Source of the DNA: Bryobacterales bacterium
GTDB lineage: Bacteria; Acidobacteriota; Terriglobia; Bryobacterales; UBA6623
Assembly: GCA_965248305.1 (NCBI GenBank)
Contig: OZ252099.1
Coordinates: 2,416,338 to 2,480,337 of the forward strand
Reading direction: 5' to 3'
DNA: 64,000 bases
Shown: one piece after another, positions 19,066-28,927 of the stretch
Numbering within the stretch: position 1 is the first letter of the stretch
How the letters are laid out: every line of letters begins with the position of its first letter
Program-made: the position numbers and the translations under genes
Notes under the pieces: model-generated
Database searches by the model: none
Told to the model about the DNA's origin: nothing
Seen by the model: the letters and a program-made list of their open reading frames with translations, nothing else

Positions 19066-19398
19066 ATGCAGTTCAAGGTCGACATAAGGGGGCTGAACCA
19101 ACTCAAGAGCAGGCTTCGACGCATGGCTGACAATGCGCGAGCACTGGATGGGGAGCATTCGGTTCCCCTGAGCGAGCTGTGCCCACCGGGGTTCATGGCA
19201 AGGTACACCGACTTCCGAACCCTCGAAGAGATGTTCGATGCGAGTGGGTTTACGGTTGAGACGCCCGAAGATTTCGCCGCGATCCCAGATTCCAAATGGG
19301 ACGCTTTTGTCGCCAGCGTGACCCAGTTCCCGGATTGGCAGGCGATGCAGGAAAGAGCCGCAGCGGAATGGGGAAGACGCAGGCTTGGGCTCGACTAA
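19066..19398 (+). CDS. Small acidic conserved-hypothetical protein
   Basis: 110-aa ORF, IRGLNQL...VPLSEL...FMARYTDF...EDFAAIPD..WDAFV. First gene of the operon. Confidence 0.75.
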   Translation: MQFKVDIRGLNQLKSRLRRMADNARALDGEHSVPLSELCPPGFMARYTDFRTLEEMFDASGFTVETPEDFAAIPDSKWDAFVASVTQFPDWQAMQERAAAEWGRRRLGLD

Positions 19399-19400
19399 GG

Positions 19401-22400
19401 GTGGACTTCAAGCTCGATCGCTACACTTGGGGAGCACGGGTTCTACCGGTGTACCTCACGGCCGCACCGGCCGTGCTAGCGGTCGCCGCGACTCTCCCGG
19501 AAGGGCTGAACCTGCCGCTCGCCGGGGCGTCGGCCATCGTTTTCCTGCCGCTCTCGTATTTCATGAGCCAAGTCGCCTCGGACTTCGGGAAGCGGCTGGA
19601 GCCGGCTTTGTGGGATTCCTGGGGCGGCCCGCCCACAACGCGATTCCTGCGACACGACAACGAGCAATTCAACCCTGCCACACGCGCGCGGATCCATGCC
19701 CAATTGCGAGCGTTGGAACTCAGGGTCCCTACGGCCGAAGAGGAAAAAGCGGATCGAGAGCGGACACTCGAGCTCTATGGCTCAGCTGTTGATGATATTC
19801 GTCGGCTGACCCGCGATTCTGAACGTTTCCATCTCGTCTACAACGGCAACATCGAGTACGGATTTCGGAGAAATCTGCTCGGCCTGAAGCCAGTTGGCCT
19901 TGCGATCACCGCACTCGCGCTGGTGGCTTCGGGATGGTCCCTCTTTCACGGATGGCATACCGATGGTGTCATTCTACCGGTACCCTTCGTCACTACTCTC
20001 AGACTTCGTTACACCGTTTCATTTGGGTTGGATAGTTTGGATGCAGGGAGCGGCGGCTTGGGGTTGGCCGGGGTGGGCTGGGAGGAGGCTGAGCAGGGCA
20101 GGTCGTCCGACAGCATGCGGTAGACCAAACGGAGGTGGGTGCCGGGGAAGACGGTGCGCGTGCGGTTGAGCTCGTCGAGCAAGGGGGCCAGGGCGCGATC
20201 CTGGGCGCGGGTCGGCTGGTGCAGCAGGCGCACGGTGAGGGTCCCGGCTGACTCGTCAGGGTGCAGGCTGGCGTCAGCCTGCAACAGCGACTTGAGCAGG
20301 CTGCGGGCGGTGTCGGGATTGTCGAGCGCGGGCGCAACCGCGGTCGTCATCGCTGTTTCGGCGCGGTAGGCCAGCAGGCGCAGGGTGTCTAGCAGTAGGC
20401 GCAGCGGTTGGGGCAGGGCCTGCAGCCGTGCCTCCGGCGAGAGCTCGCCGGCCAAGATGTGCTGGTCGGTCACCTTGCGTGCCAGCAGCAGGCCTTGGAT
20501 GGTCTGGTCGCAAGTCTGGATGCGCGCTGCCAGCGCGCGCGCTGGGGCGGATCCGGCGTCGGCTTGCAGGGCCAGCATGCGGCGCAGGTTGCCGACCGAG
20601 TTGCGGGCTTGCTTGAGCGCCTTGCCGATGGTGCGGCAGGCCGGGTTGACGACCCAGGCGTCGGCCTCGACCTCCACCAGGGCATGCGCGGGCAGGGTGT
20701 CGAGGCCGAACTCGGCGCGCAGATACTGGAAGAAGTTCTCCTGCGTCCAGCGCGCGCGCAGCAGGCCCGCCGCTTGCTCGGCCGTGAGGTCGGGATGCGT
20801 GGTCAGCAGCGCGGGCTGGCGCTGCTCCGGCCCCGGCCGACCCGCCAGCGCGAGCGGCTTGCGCGGCTGGCCGCGCTGGCCCGTGCCGCGCACACGGCGG
20901 TCGATCCAGAAGCGGATCTCGCGCGCCTGGCAGCCCGCGCCCAGAGCGTACGGTCGCTCGGCCAGCTGGCCCTCCAGGCGGGCCGACCCGCCCGGGGCGC
21001 GCACTGGGATGACGGCCTCCCGGAAGTCGCTATCCGGCCAGCGCTGCGCCTGCGAGCCCTTGATCCAAGTCACCACCGCGATGCCCAGCGCGCGCAGCTC
21101 GCGGAACAGGCGCGGGCTCCAGCCCTCGCGGTCGAAGACCAGCGTCAGGCGTGGTGCGCCAGCGCCTGCCAGCAGGCCCAGCTGGCGCAACTGCGGCACC
21201 ATCCCGTTCCAGATCTCAGACACCATGCCGGCGTCTATCTGGCGGTGCAAGCACAGCAGCGGCGCCCCGCCCAGCGCGTGCACCCAGTAGCCGACCGAGG
21301 CCGGCAGGGCCAGCTTCTGGCGGGTCACGAAATGTTTCGGCAGCCGGCCCTGACCGCTGTAGACCTGCACGTGGCCATCGACGAACAGCGTGGCGACGGC
21401 CTCCGGATCGTCTGCACACCAGGCCTGGGTCAGGCAGCCGACCCAGGCCGGCAGCCCCTTGGCAGCGGCCAGCTGGCGCGTGCGGCGGCGCAGGCTGCGC
21501 GGGCAGGGGCAGCGGTCCAGGCCCAACAGGGCGCCCCACTCGCCGGGCTGCTGGTAGCGCAGCCGCTCGGCGCAACGCACCCGGCCCAGCAGCAGGAAGG
21601 CCCACAGCAGCAGCAGCGACTGCAGGCCGTAGAAGCCCTTGGGCAGCGTCAGCTGGTCGAGGTGGCGCAGCAGGCCGGCCTGCAGCAGGCTCGGCAGGGC
21701 GGTCAGCACGCCGCCCCCGCTGACGGCCGCGGCGGCGGCGAAGCGCGGGGCGGCGCCGTGGCAGGCACTGGCTGGCCGGTAGCAAGCCCTGTTGGGTGTA
21801 GCGCCACAGCGTCGATTGCGAGACGCCCAGTTGCTGGGCCACGCGGTACAGGCTGAGCCCGGACCGCAGCATGCGGGCGGCCTGGGCCAGCTGCGCGGGG
21901 TCCACGATGCCATCGGGGCGGCGCGGCTTGGGGGCGGGCGCGAAGCCAAGCTCACCCTGCACCTGCAGCCGCTGCACGGCGCGCGAGACGGTGCTCTGGC
22001 TGATGCCGTGGGCGCGGGCCAGTTCGGACTGCGTAGCGAGGCCGAACAGGGCGAAGCGGGCCAGGCAGAGATTGCGCTCTAGCTTGTGGTCGGCCGTGTG
22101 CGAGCAGACGGGGTCGGTGTGCACGAAGTAGACGACGCGGTCGCCCTCGCGCAGCATGCTGAGGCGCGCGCTGATGGGCGTGGCGTGCGGGGGTTGGAGC
22201 GGCAGAGCGGCGGGCAGGCCAGTGGGCGCGGGCAGTTTGGCGGGCGAATACATATGCATTCAAAATAGCATGTTCTGGGGCGCAAGTCAAGTCCGGATGC
22301 GGCCGGGGAGGGAGCGTGAAAGCTTGACCCAGCAGCTAGTTACGAGGCTCTAGGCCTCTTTGCAGAGAGTTCCGATGTAACGAAGTCTGACTCTTCTCAA

Positions 22401-22518
22401 CACCTGTGTTGCCCTCGGGTGGCTGATCGGGGTTCGTTCGACGACTGTTCGCATCACCGCCGACCGCTACGCTCGATACCTCCTGGAGGCAGCACTCGAC
22501 CTGGAGACCCCGACTTGA
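19401..22518 (+). pseudogene. Multi-TM membrane protein (candidate effector) interrupted by IS
   Basis: DRYTWGARVLP...GKRLEPALW..WGGPPTTRFLR...NIEYGFRRNL. Removing the IS and one TSD restores FVTTL-LNTCVALGW...DLETPT*. Confidence 0.85.
20000..22389 (-). mobile_element. Insertion sequence copy 2 with a 200-bp internal deletion (transposase frameshifted)
   Basis: Same TIRs as 9122..11711. TSD ACTCT at 19995-19999 and 22390-22394. Length 2390 vs 2590 bp. Confidence 0.92.
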
Positions 22519-22520
22519 GC

Positions 22521-23405
22521 ATGGTGAAATCCCTAGCCGTGGGTAACGGCGACATGTTCTACATCCGACACGACTCGGACAACTTTTCCGTTATCGATTG
22601 CTCTTTGCCGAGCGATCGTAAGGACGAGATCCTCGACGAGATCGCGGACCAAAGCACGGGGAAGGGGATTTCCCGGTTCATCTCCACCCACCCCGATCAG
22701 GACCACATGTCGGGCTTGGTGAGTTACGACGATCGCTTTGGCATCGTGAACTTCTACGTCGTTAAGAACAAGGCCACGAAGAGCGAAGAGACCGAGGATT
22801 TCAAACGCTACAAGAGCCTCCGCGACGACACCAAGAAGGTGTTCTACCTGGAGCGCGGATGTAAGCGCAGATGGATGAACCAGTCCGACGAGACGCGCGA
22901 CTCGGCGAACATCAACATCCTTTGGCCAATCCTGACCAACGAGCACTTCAAAGATGCCCTTGAGCAGGCTGAAGAAGGCGGTAGCCCCAACAACATCTCG
23001 CCAATCATCCGTTACCGCCGCCCAGACGGAGCTAGTGTGATGTGGATGGGCGACCTTGAGACCGATTTCATGGAGGAGATCAGGGGCGCCGTCGCCCCCG
23101 AGGCCTCGCAAGTCTTGTTCGCACCTCATCACGGCCGTAAGAGCGGCCGCGTACCCAAGGACTGGTTGGAGAAGATCGACCCCACGATCATCGTGGTCGG
23201 AGAGGCTCCCTCATCCGATCTCACCTACTACGACGGGTGGGACACGATCACCCAAAACTCGGCCGGGGACATCGTTTTCGAATGCCTTAGCGGCAAGACA
23301 CACGTCTTCGTGTCGAAATCGACGTACTCCGTAGCCTTCCTTACGAAGGAACAGGGCGTTGGTAATCGACATGGCTGCTACTACATCGGGACCTTCTACA
23401 CGTGA
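22521..23405 (+). CDS. Metallo-beta-lactamase fold (ComEC/Rec2-like) hydrolase
   Basis: VGNGD, IDC, STHPDQDH, NNIS, MGDLE and APHHG motifs. May start at TTG 22515. Confidence 0.88.
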   Translation: MVKSLAVGNGDMFYIRHDSDNFSVIDCSLPSDRKDEILDEIADQSTGKGISRFISTHPDQDHMSGLVSYDDRFGIVNFYVVKNKATKSEETEDFKRYKSLRDDTKKVFYLERGCKRRWMNQSDETRDSANINILWPILTNEHFKDALEQAEEGGSPNNISPIIRYRRPDGASVMWMGDLETDFMEEIRGAVAPEASQVLFAPHHGRKSGRVPKDWLEKIDPTIIVVGEAPSSDLTYYDGWDTITQNSAGDIVFECLSGKTHVFVSKSTYSVAFLTKEQGVGNRHGCYYIGTFYT

Positions 23406-23488
23406 GGCCACGAGAACCGAGGCGCCTGCACGGATACCGGCCCCACCCGCCAAATCAGGACTAGGATCGAACCACCAAGGAGCCACTC

Positions 23489-23680
23489 GTGTCGAGGGTG
23501 AGCAACCTGCTCCGGCAGGTCGAGACGCAAGACCCGCAGCTAGCTGACGACCTGAAGCGGGAGTTGGAGGCGCTGTCCGGGCGGCGTGCATTCGGCCTCA
23601 ACTTCGAGCGACACACCCCCGAGACGGTAGAGCTGCCGCGCCGCCCGGTGCGCAGGGGTGACAAGGCCCGATTCCTGTCG
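23489..23680 (+). pseudogene. N-terminal fragment of a type III-like Mod DNA methyltransferase
   Basis: MSRVSNLLRQV...RRAFGLNFERHTPETVELP.RPVRRGDK, then the similarity is lost. Confidence 0.6.
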
Positions 23681-23899
23681 GCACGGTGCGTGGGGTGGCG
23701 CGAGTTGATGCAAGCGTGGGCGGCCTGCTTGGGCGGCAGTGCAGGCGATGCGGTGCGGTATGGGTAACCACATCAGCGATCGGGACTGGCAGGAAGCCTG
23801 TCGAGAAGCCCGTATGGCTTGGGAGGCGTGGGCAGTGGCTACTCAGGTGGGAGAGTAGCTAACGCCTACGGCGGGTAGGCAGCAGTCCGATCAGCCCTG

Positions 23900-24300
23900 C
23901 CGCATCGGCAAGTTCGTAAGAAGGGACGTGCTGGCGGGCTGTGATTACTGGGTTCCCAATCCCGGATTCATCGTCGAGTTCGAATAGAGCCAGCACTCTA
24001 CGGGTCCGCGGAAGCTCGCGCTCTCCGTGTACGGGGACATGGCCCTCTTGGGGTTCTCCACAAGGCTCTGGATGGAACTCTGCGAACATCGCGACGCAAG
24101 GGACAACGACTCCCTGTATCGCGACGAACAACGAGCCTGGTGCGACACACTGCGGGACCTCGTCCCATTGATCAGGGACTTGCAGCCGACAGTTCGGCTC
24201 TATGCCCGCGATCGGGTCTGGTGCTCGCTCGATCCGGACAGCAGGGAGGACCGGGAACGCTTCTCGGAGTTGATGCGGGAGGAGCGTCCTCCGTCCAGTC
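23900..24300 (+). pseudogene. Decayed nuclease-like gene fragment
   Basis: DYWVPNPGFIVEFE*SQH followed in another frame by PRKLAL...RDEQRAWCDTLRDLVP. Contains an in-frame stop and a frameshift. Confidence 0.45.
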
Positions 24301-24480
24301 GAGCGACGGTAAAAGGCCGCTCTCCCGCTGCTCGACCCGGATCAAGGCTACGCGCGGCGGCGGTGTTTCCCAAGTCAGCGCAGAAGTCGTCAAACGGGGT
24401 TCCGCCCAGCGGTGCGGGGTCACAACAGCCGGACGTGCCGACGGCCGCTTCAATCGCTGGCGAGACCATCGACTCAACGC

Positions 24481-24906
24481 TCACCTCTTCCACCACTTCA
24501 CAACACCTGTCCACCAATCTCCGATGCTTGTCTTCCTATTGTTCTTGTCCGCCTTACGCTGGTCAAGCGCTCTAGCAAATTCCCTTCCCTCAGCCAGTTT
24601 CGTTGCCCAATCCTCCATCGGCTCGCACCACCAGATACGGTTTTCGCGGATCCAGTAGTGACTGCGGCACTTTAGGTTGGAATTGCCAATTGATGGGTCG
24701 AACGTGACGCTTATACCGTCATACTCCATCCGGAATCGGATTGGGTCCAGCATGAACTCGGAGAGCTGTCCGCATCCACACGGGCATAGGTGTACAACTG
24801 TCTTGTGCTTCATACTGATGTACACGAGTCCCGGAACCAGATCCTTCCCATCCGCCGGGATGTACTCGACGAATTCCGGGATCACCGACGTCATACGCCG
24901 TCTCAT
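24481..24906 (-). CDS. DUF6527-like Cys/His-rich protein
   Basis: EFVEYIP...PGLVYIS...HLCPCGCG...PSIGNS...CRSHYWIR. Overlaps the ThiF stop (ATGA). Confidence 0.85.
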   Translation of the reverse strand: MRRRMTSVIPEFVEYIPADGKDLVPGLVYISMKHKTVVHLCPCGCGQLSEFMLDPIRFRMEYDGISVTFDPSIGNSNLKCRSHYWIRENRIWWCEPMEDWATKLAEGREFARALDQRKADKNNRKTSIGDWWTGVVKWWKR

Positions 24907-26030
24907 GGCTGTTCCGTCTTCTTCAGCAGGTCGTTGTTCTCGATCCGGTATCGGACCAGCCAGTCCTTCGTCTCTTCTTCATACTGCCCTATGTGTCGCC
25001 GCCACATTCCGACTGCCAAGGCTGCATTCAACGCTCCCAGATCGGCCAGCTGCAATGCATGGTAATCCTCGTCTCCCGCCCCTTCGGCGGTCGGAATGCC
25101 TTTCCGCCACCGCCCTGGATCGTCTCCCGAGAAAAAGACCTGGCAGCTTCCTCGAACTTGCCCATCCAGGCGCTCGATTCCCATGCCGACATCTATGAAC
25201 GGTACCTTCTCCTCTTCGAGCTTCTCGCACAACGCTGTCCGTGTTTCCGTCTTGTCAACCGCCAAAAACACGAAGTCCAGTCCATCAAACGTGTCGGCTG
25301 GTTCGTCGGAACGCCAGTATTCTCCACGGATCGAAATCCCCGTCCGCATTCGCTCGTACCGCTTTCCAAAGTACTCAGCCTTGTTCTCGCCAATTGCTTC
25401 TTGACTTGCCCATCCAGGCGCTCGCACGAGGTTCCGTCCTTCGATCTCGTCTCCGTCCCAGATCCTGATCTTCCTGACGTCCGTCTTGCTCATCAGATCC
25501 AGGATCCATAGCCCTACACCTCCAAGACCCACGATCCCTATGTTTTGCCCCCTTGCCCGACTTCGCCAGTCTTGCATGTCCCTGGCATCCTCACCCTCTA
25601 TCTCGAATCTGAAGATTTTTTCGATTTGTTCCCTCTGTTCTCCTCCGACGTCTCCCGCGACTCTCGCCGCGTAGACGGCTAGAGCGTGCCACGCATTCGC
25701 GTATTCTCCGTCATCGCGTTTGATTGATATCACGCACTCCCTAGTCTTGTCTGTCCAGAGCACATTCCCTATCGGTTCGCCAGTTGCTTGGTATGCACGT
25801 CCCCCGTCAACCCCGCTTAGCATCGCAGCGTGGCTTGCTCCGCCTGCGTTCTCTGGCGCCTTCATGCTCAGCCCGTCGTCTTGCGTCTCGGCCGAGATTC
25901 GACATCTTCCTGCCTCGCCGTTCTTCTTTCGATACGGTACCTCCCCGAGCGAGATTCGGTTCTGGTGCACTTCGATCGTCCACCCACGCCGCCGTGCCTC
26001 TTGCCGTAGCAGGTCTTCGTATCCTGTCAC
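24903..26030 (-). CDS. ThiF/E1-like adenylating enzyme with N-terminal DUF6791-like domain
   Basis: GLGGVG, DGD...RNLVRAP, NKA, FLAVD, FIDVGMG and QLADLGALNAALAV. Confidence 0.88.
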   Translation of the reverse strand: MTGYEDLLRQEARRRGWTIEVHQNRISLGEVPYRKKNGEAGRCRISAETQDDGLSMKAPENAGGASHAAMLSGVDGGRAYQATGEPIGNVLWTDKTRECVISIKRDDGEYANAWHALAVYAARVAGDVGGEQREQIEKIFRFEIEGEDARDMQDWRSRARGQNIGIVGLGGVGLWILDLMSKTDVRKIRIWDGDEIEGRNLVRAPGWASQEAIGENKAEYFGKRYERMRTGISIRGEYWRSDEPADTFDGLDFVFLAVDKTETRTALCEKLEEEKVPFIDVGMGIERLDGQVRGSCQVFFSGDDPGRWRKGIPTAEGAGDEDYHALQLADLGALNAALAVGMWRRHIGQYEEETKDWLVRYRIENNDLLKKTEQP

Positions 26031-26080
26031 TATCTTTCTTTCCGGCCGGCAATCTCCGGTCGGGGTTTCCCGGTCTATGC

Positions 26081-26329
26081 CTATGACAAGTGTGCCGGGT
26101 CGACCTGCGCGCTAAAGCCGTCTTCAACTTTCACACTTTCGTCTGGTAACAGGATGCCTTTCTCCCCGTTTTGCCTCGTGTAATGTATTGCTGGATTACC
26201 CACGATCGTCCGGTCGGGACTGAGTTTGTCCCACTCCTCTTTGATTTCCTCGTATTTGATCTCGGTCCGAGGCCATTTCACACTTCGTCCCGCAATCACT
26301 ATTTCGAATCCCGCCTTGCGTTCTTCCAT
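26081..26329 (-). CDS. Ubiquitin-like (multiubiquitin-type beta-grasp) protein
   Basis: 82 aa, FEIVIAGR...IKYEEI...IHYTR...GILLPDESVKVEDG. RBS GAGGA. Immediately upstream of the E1-like gene. Confidence 0.75.
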   Translation of the reverse strand: MEERKAGFEIVIAGRSVKWPRTEIKYEEIKEEWDKLSPDRTIVGNPAIHYTRQNGEKGILLPDESVKVEDGFSAQVDPAHLS

Positions 26330-26661
26330 TGTTCTGTCCTCTGTTAGAATTTGCCGACACCCTTCTGGAACTACGTTACCACGGTGTCCACCGCCGCTCG
26401 CACTGCCCATTCGGAGCGCCAGACCCACTGTCACGGCCTTCGGCAACGTTGAGTCGCCGCTGGTAACCGCGCCTGGCGTCCAGCCGACCGTTCGGCTCCA
26501 CGCTGGACTCCCGATCGCGGACCGCGCTCTCCGTAGTCGCCTCCTACCCTTGCAGACTATGGTTATTCATACGGCAGTCCCATTGACTGTGAATCTAGGA
26601 CGTATAACCTGGCTAGCGACAACTACCTTGGCGCGCGGCAATTCTAGTCGTCGTCAGGCAG

Positions 26662-26932
26662 CGGCCACATGGACGGCCAAAGTGGCCTTGCCGGTGCCTC
26701 CCTTCGGGGCTATCAGTGCGATCGTGTACATTGCGTCCGCGACACTGCCGAGTCTATCCCGGATCTGGTCGCCTAGCTAGGGGCGCGGTGCCTGCCACAC
26801 TCCCACGCTGCTGCGATGCCACGAAGTTGGCGGTAACCAGTTGGGCCCCCACGTCTGGTCTGCCGCCGCGAGCGCCTCCTGCGGAATGGAGCGTCTTGAT
26901 CTATTCGTCCGGATCCAAGTCGTCCAGCCAGC
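26662..26932. repeat. Diverged direct repeat copy 2 (truncated parA start)
   Basis: Matches 6033..6305. The minus strand reads MYTIALIAPKGGTGKATLAVHVAA, then breaks. Confidence 0.85.
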
Positions 26933-26939
26933 CGGGCGG

Positions 26940-27135
26940 CGATCTCAGCGCGCGCTGCAGCCCCAGCGAGACGCTCGCGGCGAGCGCGTCCAGCAGGCCC
27001 CTGAGCACCCCGCCGGCCTTCGCCATGCGGATCTCCAGCAGGACGGGCCGGCCGTGCTCGTCGGTGGCCACGGTTACGTACCCCTTGTGCCCGCTGATGG
27101 CGAAGCGGTGGGTAGGGAGGACTACCACTCGTCGG
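26940..27135 (-). pseudogene. TSCPD-like (NrdJ C-terminal-like) domain fragment
   Basis: THRFAISGHKGYVTV...GRPVLLEIRMAKAGGVLRGLLDALAASVSLGLQ. Confidence 0.6.
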
Positions 27136-28522
27136 TCATCGCAGGGAGCGGTCCAGGTCAGCTCGCGGAACCGCGTCGGAATAGATCGCCCGGTCGCCGT
27201 CGTGCGTGCTCTTGCGGCACCGGAAGAGCACATTGCCAGGCTCCTCGCCGGCGGCGTGCCAGCCGCGCCCCTCCTCGATTCCTACGGGCCACGTCGAGCA
27301 GTCGGCGAAAACGGCCCGCAGCGTCCGCTCCGCCCGCGTCCGGAACAGCTCGTCATCAGGCCACGCGAGATGGTTCACGTACAGCGAGCCGCCCGTGGCG
27401 AGCCGCGCGCGCGGGCCGGTAGAACTCGACGGTGAGCAGGTGCTGCGGCAAGGTCCGCGGATTGGAGTACGTGTCGACGACGATTGCCGGCCAGCCCCCG
27501 GGGTCGTTCCGCAGGAAGGCGCGCGCGTCGGCCGCGGAGAACGTGCCGGAAGTTGACGGAGCCGCCTGCAGGAAGATCCCGGCGATCCGTGCCTGGGCCG
27601 GGTCGATGTCCACGAACGCGACATCCAGGGCGCAGGGAGCGCCCCGGCCCAGGGTCATTCCCGCCGCACCGAGGACGAGTACGCGCATCTCGCCGGCCTC
27701 GCAGAGAGTCTTCTCGACGCGCTCGGCATAGGCCCACCCCCTGCCCCCGGCGTCGGGCCTCGATGCGGCCTGCCCGGAGACGTCCAGCATGCGGCCCCCG
27801 CCGTCCAGCTCGACGATGCGGTAGTCGGCATAGGCGTTGCGCTCGACGTACTCGGTCGCCTCGATCCACAGGTCGAGGGCGGGAAACAGGGCCGCGACGA
27901 GCAGTGCCAGGGCGGGAAAGCTGCGCCGGTGCGCCGCGAGGGCGGCCAGGCACAGCGCGGCGACCAGGATGATGGTCGCCGCCGCGGTGCCCAGGAAACG
28001 CAGCAGCACGAATGTCGTCAGCAGCGCCCCGCCCACATTGCCAAAGGTGGACAGCGCGAAGACGCCGCCAGCCGCACGGGCCGCGTCGCCCCGCGCCGAG
28101 CAGGCCAGCGCGAAGAGGACGCACTCCGCGAGCAGCCACCCGATCGGGGCGATGCCGAGCACGCAGTAGACCGCGACCTGCGCCATCGCGGGGACTGGCA
28201 GGCCGAAGGCCAGCAGCGTGCCCGCGCCGCTCAGCCAGAAGGCCGCCCAGGCCGCCGCGGCGGCCAGCCGGATGGCGAGGCCCGGACGGGGATCCGCGCA
28301 ACGCGCGAGCCGCCCGCCCCGCCGGTAGCCGCCGGCCAGCGCCGCCAGGTAGACCGCCAGCAGCACGGCGGTGACAGAGACGGCGCTGCCGGCCCACGGC
28401 ACCATCCTCCGCAGAGCGAGGATTTCGGCCGCGAGGCTGGCATAGCCTTCCGCCAGCAGGATCGCCCCGACCGCAACGGGCGGCAGCGGGGTCAGCGGGT
28501 GGGTCCCGAAGCCGGCTGGCAC
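27136..28522 (-). pseudogene. Membrane-fused spermidine synthase-like methyltransferase, frameshifted near 27410
   Basis: TM region (EGYASLAAEILALRR, STFGNVGG) plus VLVLGAAG, VDIDP, DARAFL and VVDTYS. The tail GGSLYVN is in another frame. Confidence 0.8.
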
Positions 28523-28689
28523 TTGCTAGCGCTCCAGCGCGATCGCGCGCGCCGGATCGAGGAGGCGGTAGACCGCGTAGCGCTTGGCTTGCATCCCTCA
28601 ACGCTACGCCACGGCCCCGCCGCCCACAAGGGGGCTACAGCTGCGCCGCAGGGGAAGAGCGCGCCGCGGGGCGCCCCCGGATGTTGCGG

Positions 28690-28926
28690 TCAGGCCGCCG
28701 AGTCCTTGCCGGCCCGCCCCCTGACGAGGCTCTCGAACGCCGCCTCGGCGGCGGGGTCCTCCATGGCGCCCCATTCCTCGGCGTCCTTCTCGGTGAACGT
28801 CGGGAAGGACGCAAGCAACTCCAGCGTCCGCGCGATCCCGTCGGAGTCGAGTTCGTGGCAGGACAGCGAGTCCCAGAGCTCATCCTCGGAAAGGTGCTCG
28901 TATCCGGTAGGCATCGCGTTCAGCAT
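28690..28926 (-). CDS. Small acidic hypothetical protein
   Basis: 78 aa, D/E-rich, starts immediately after the ardC stop. Confidence 0.55.
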   Translation of the reverse strand: MLNAMPTGYEHLSEDELWDSLSCHELDSDGIARTLELLASFPTFTEKDAEEWGAMEDPAAEAAFESLVRGRAGKDSAA

Positions 28927-28927
28927 A

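Noticed and set aside
9122-22389. Composite transposon formed by the two large IS copies carrying the four-gene operon
   Set aside because: Each copy has its own TSD (AGTAT, ACTCT), so the cargo was not brought in by them.
22521-23405. Beta-lactamase resistance gene or competence ComEC
   Set aside because: No signal peptide or membrane competence domain. The context favours a nuclease or phosphodiesterase.
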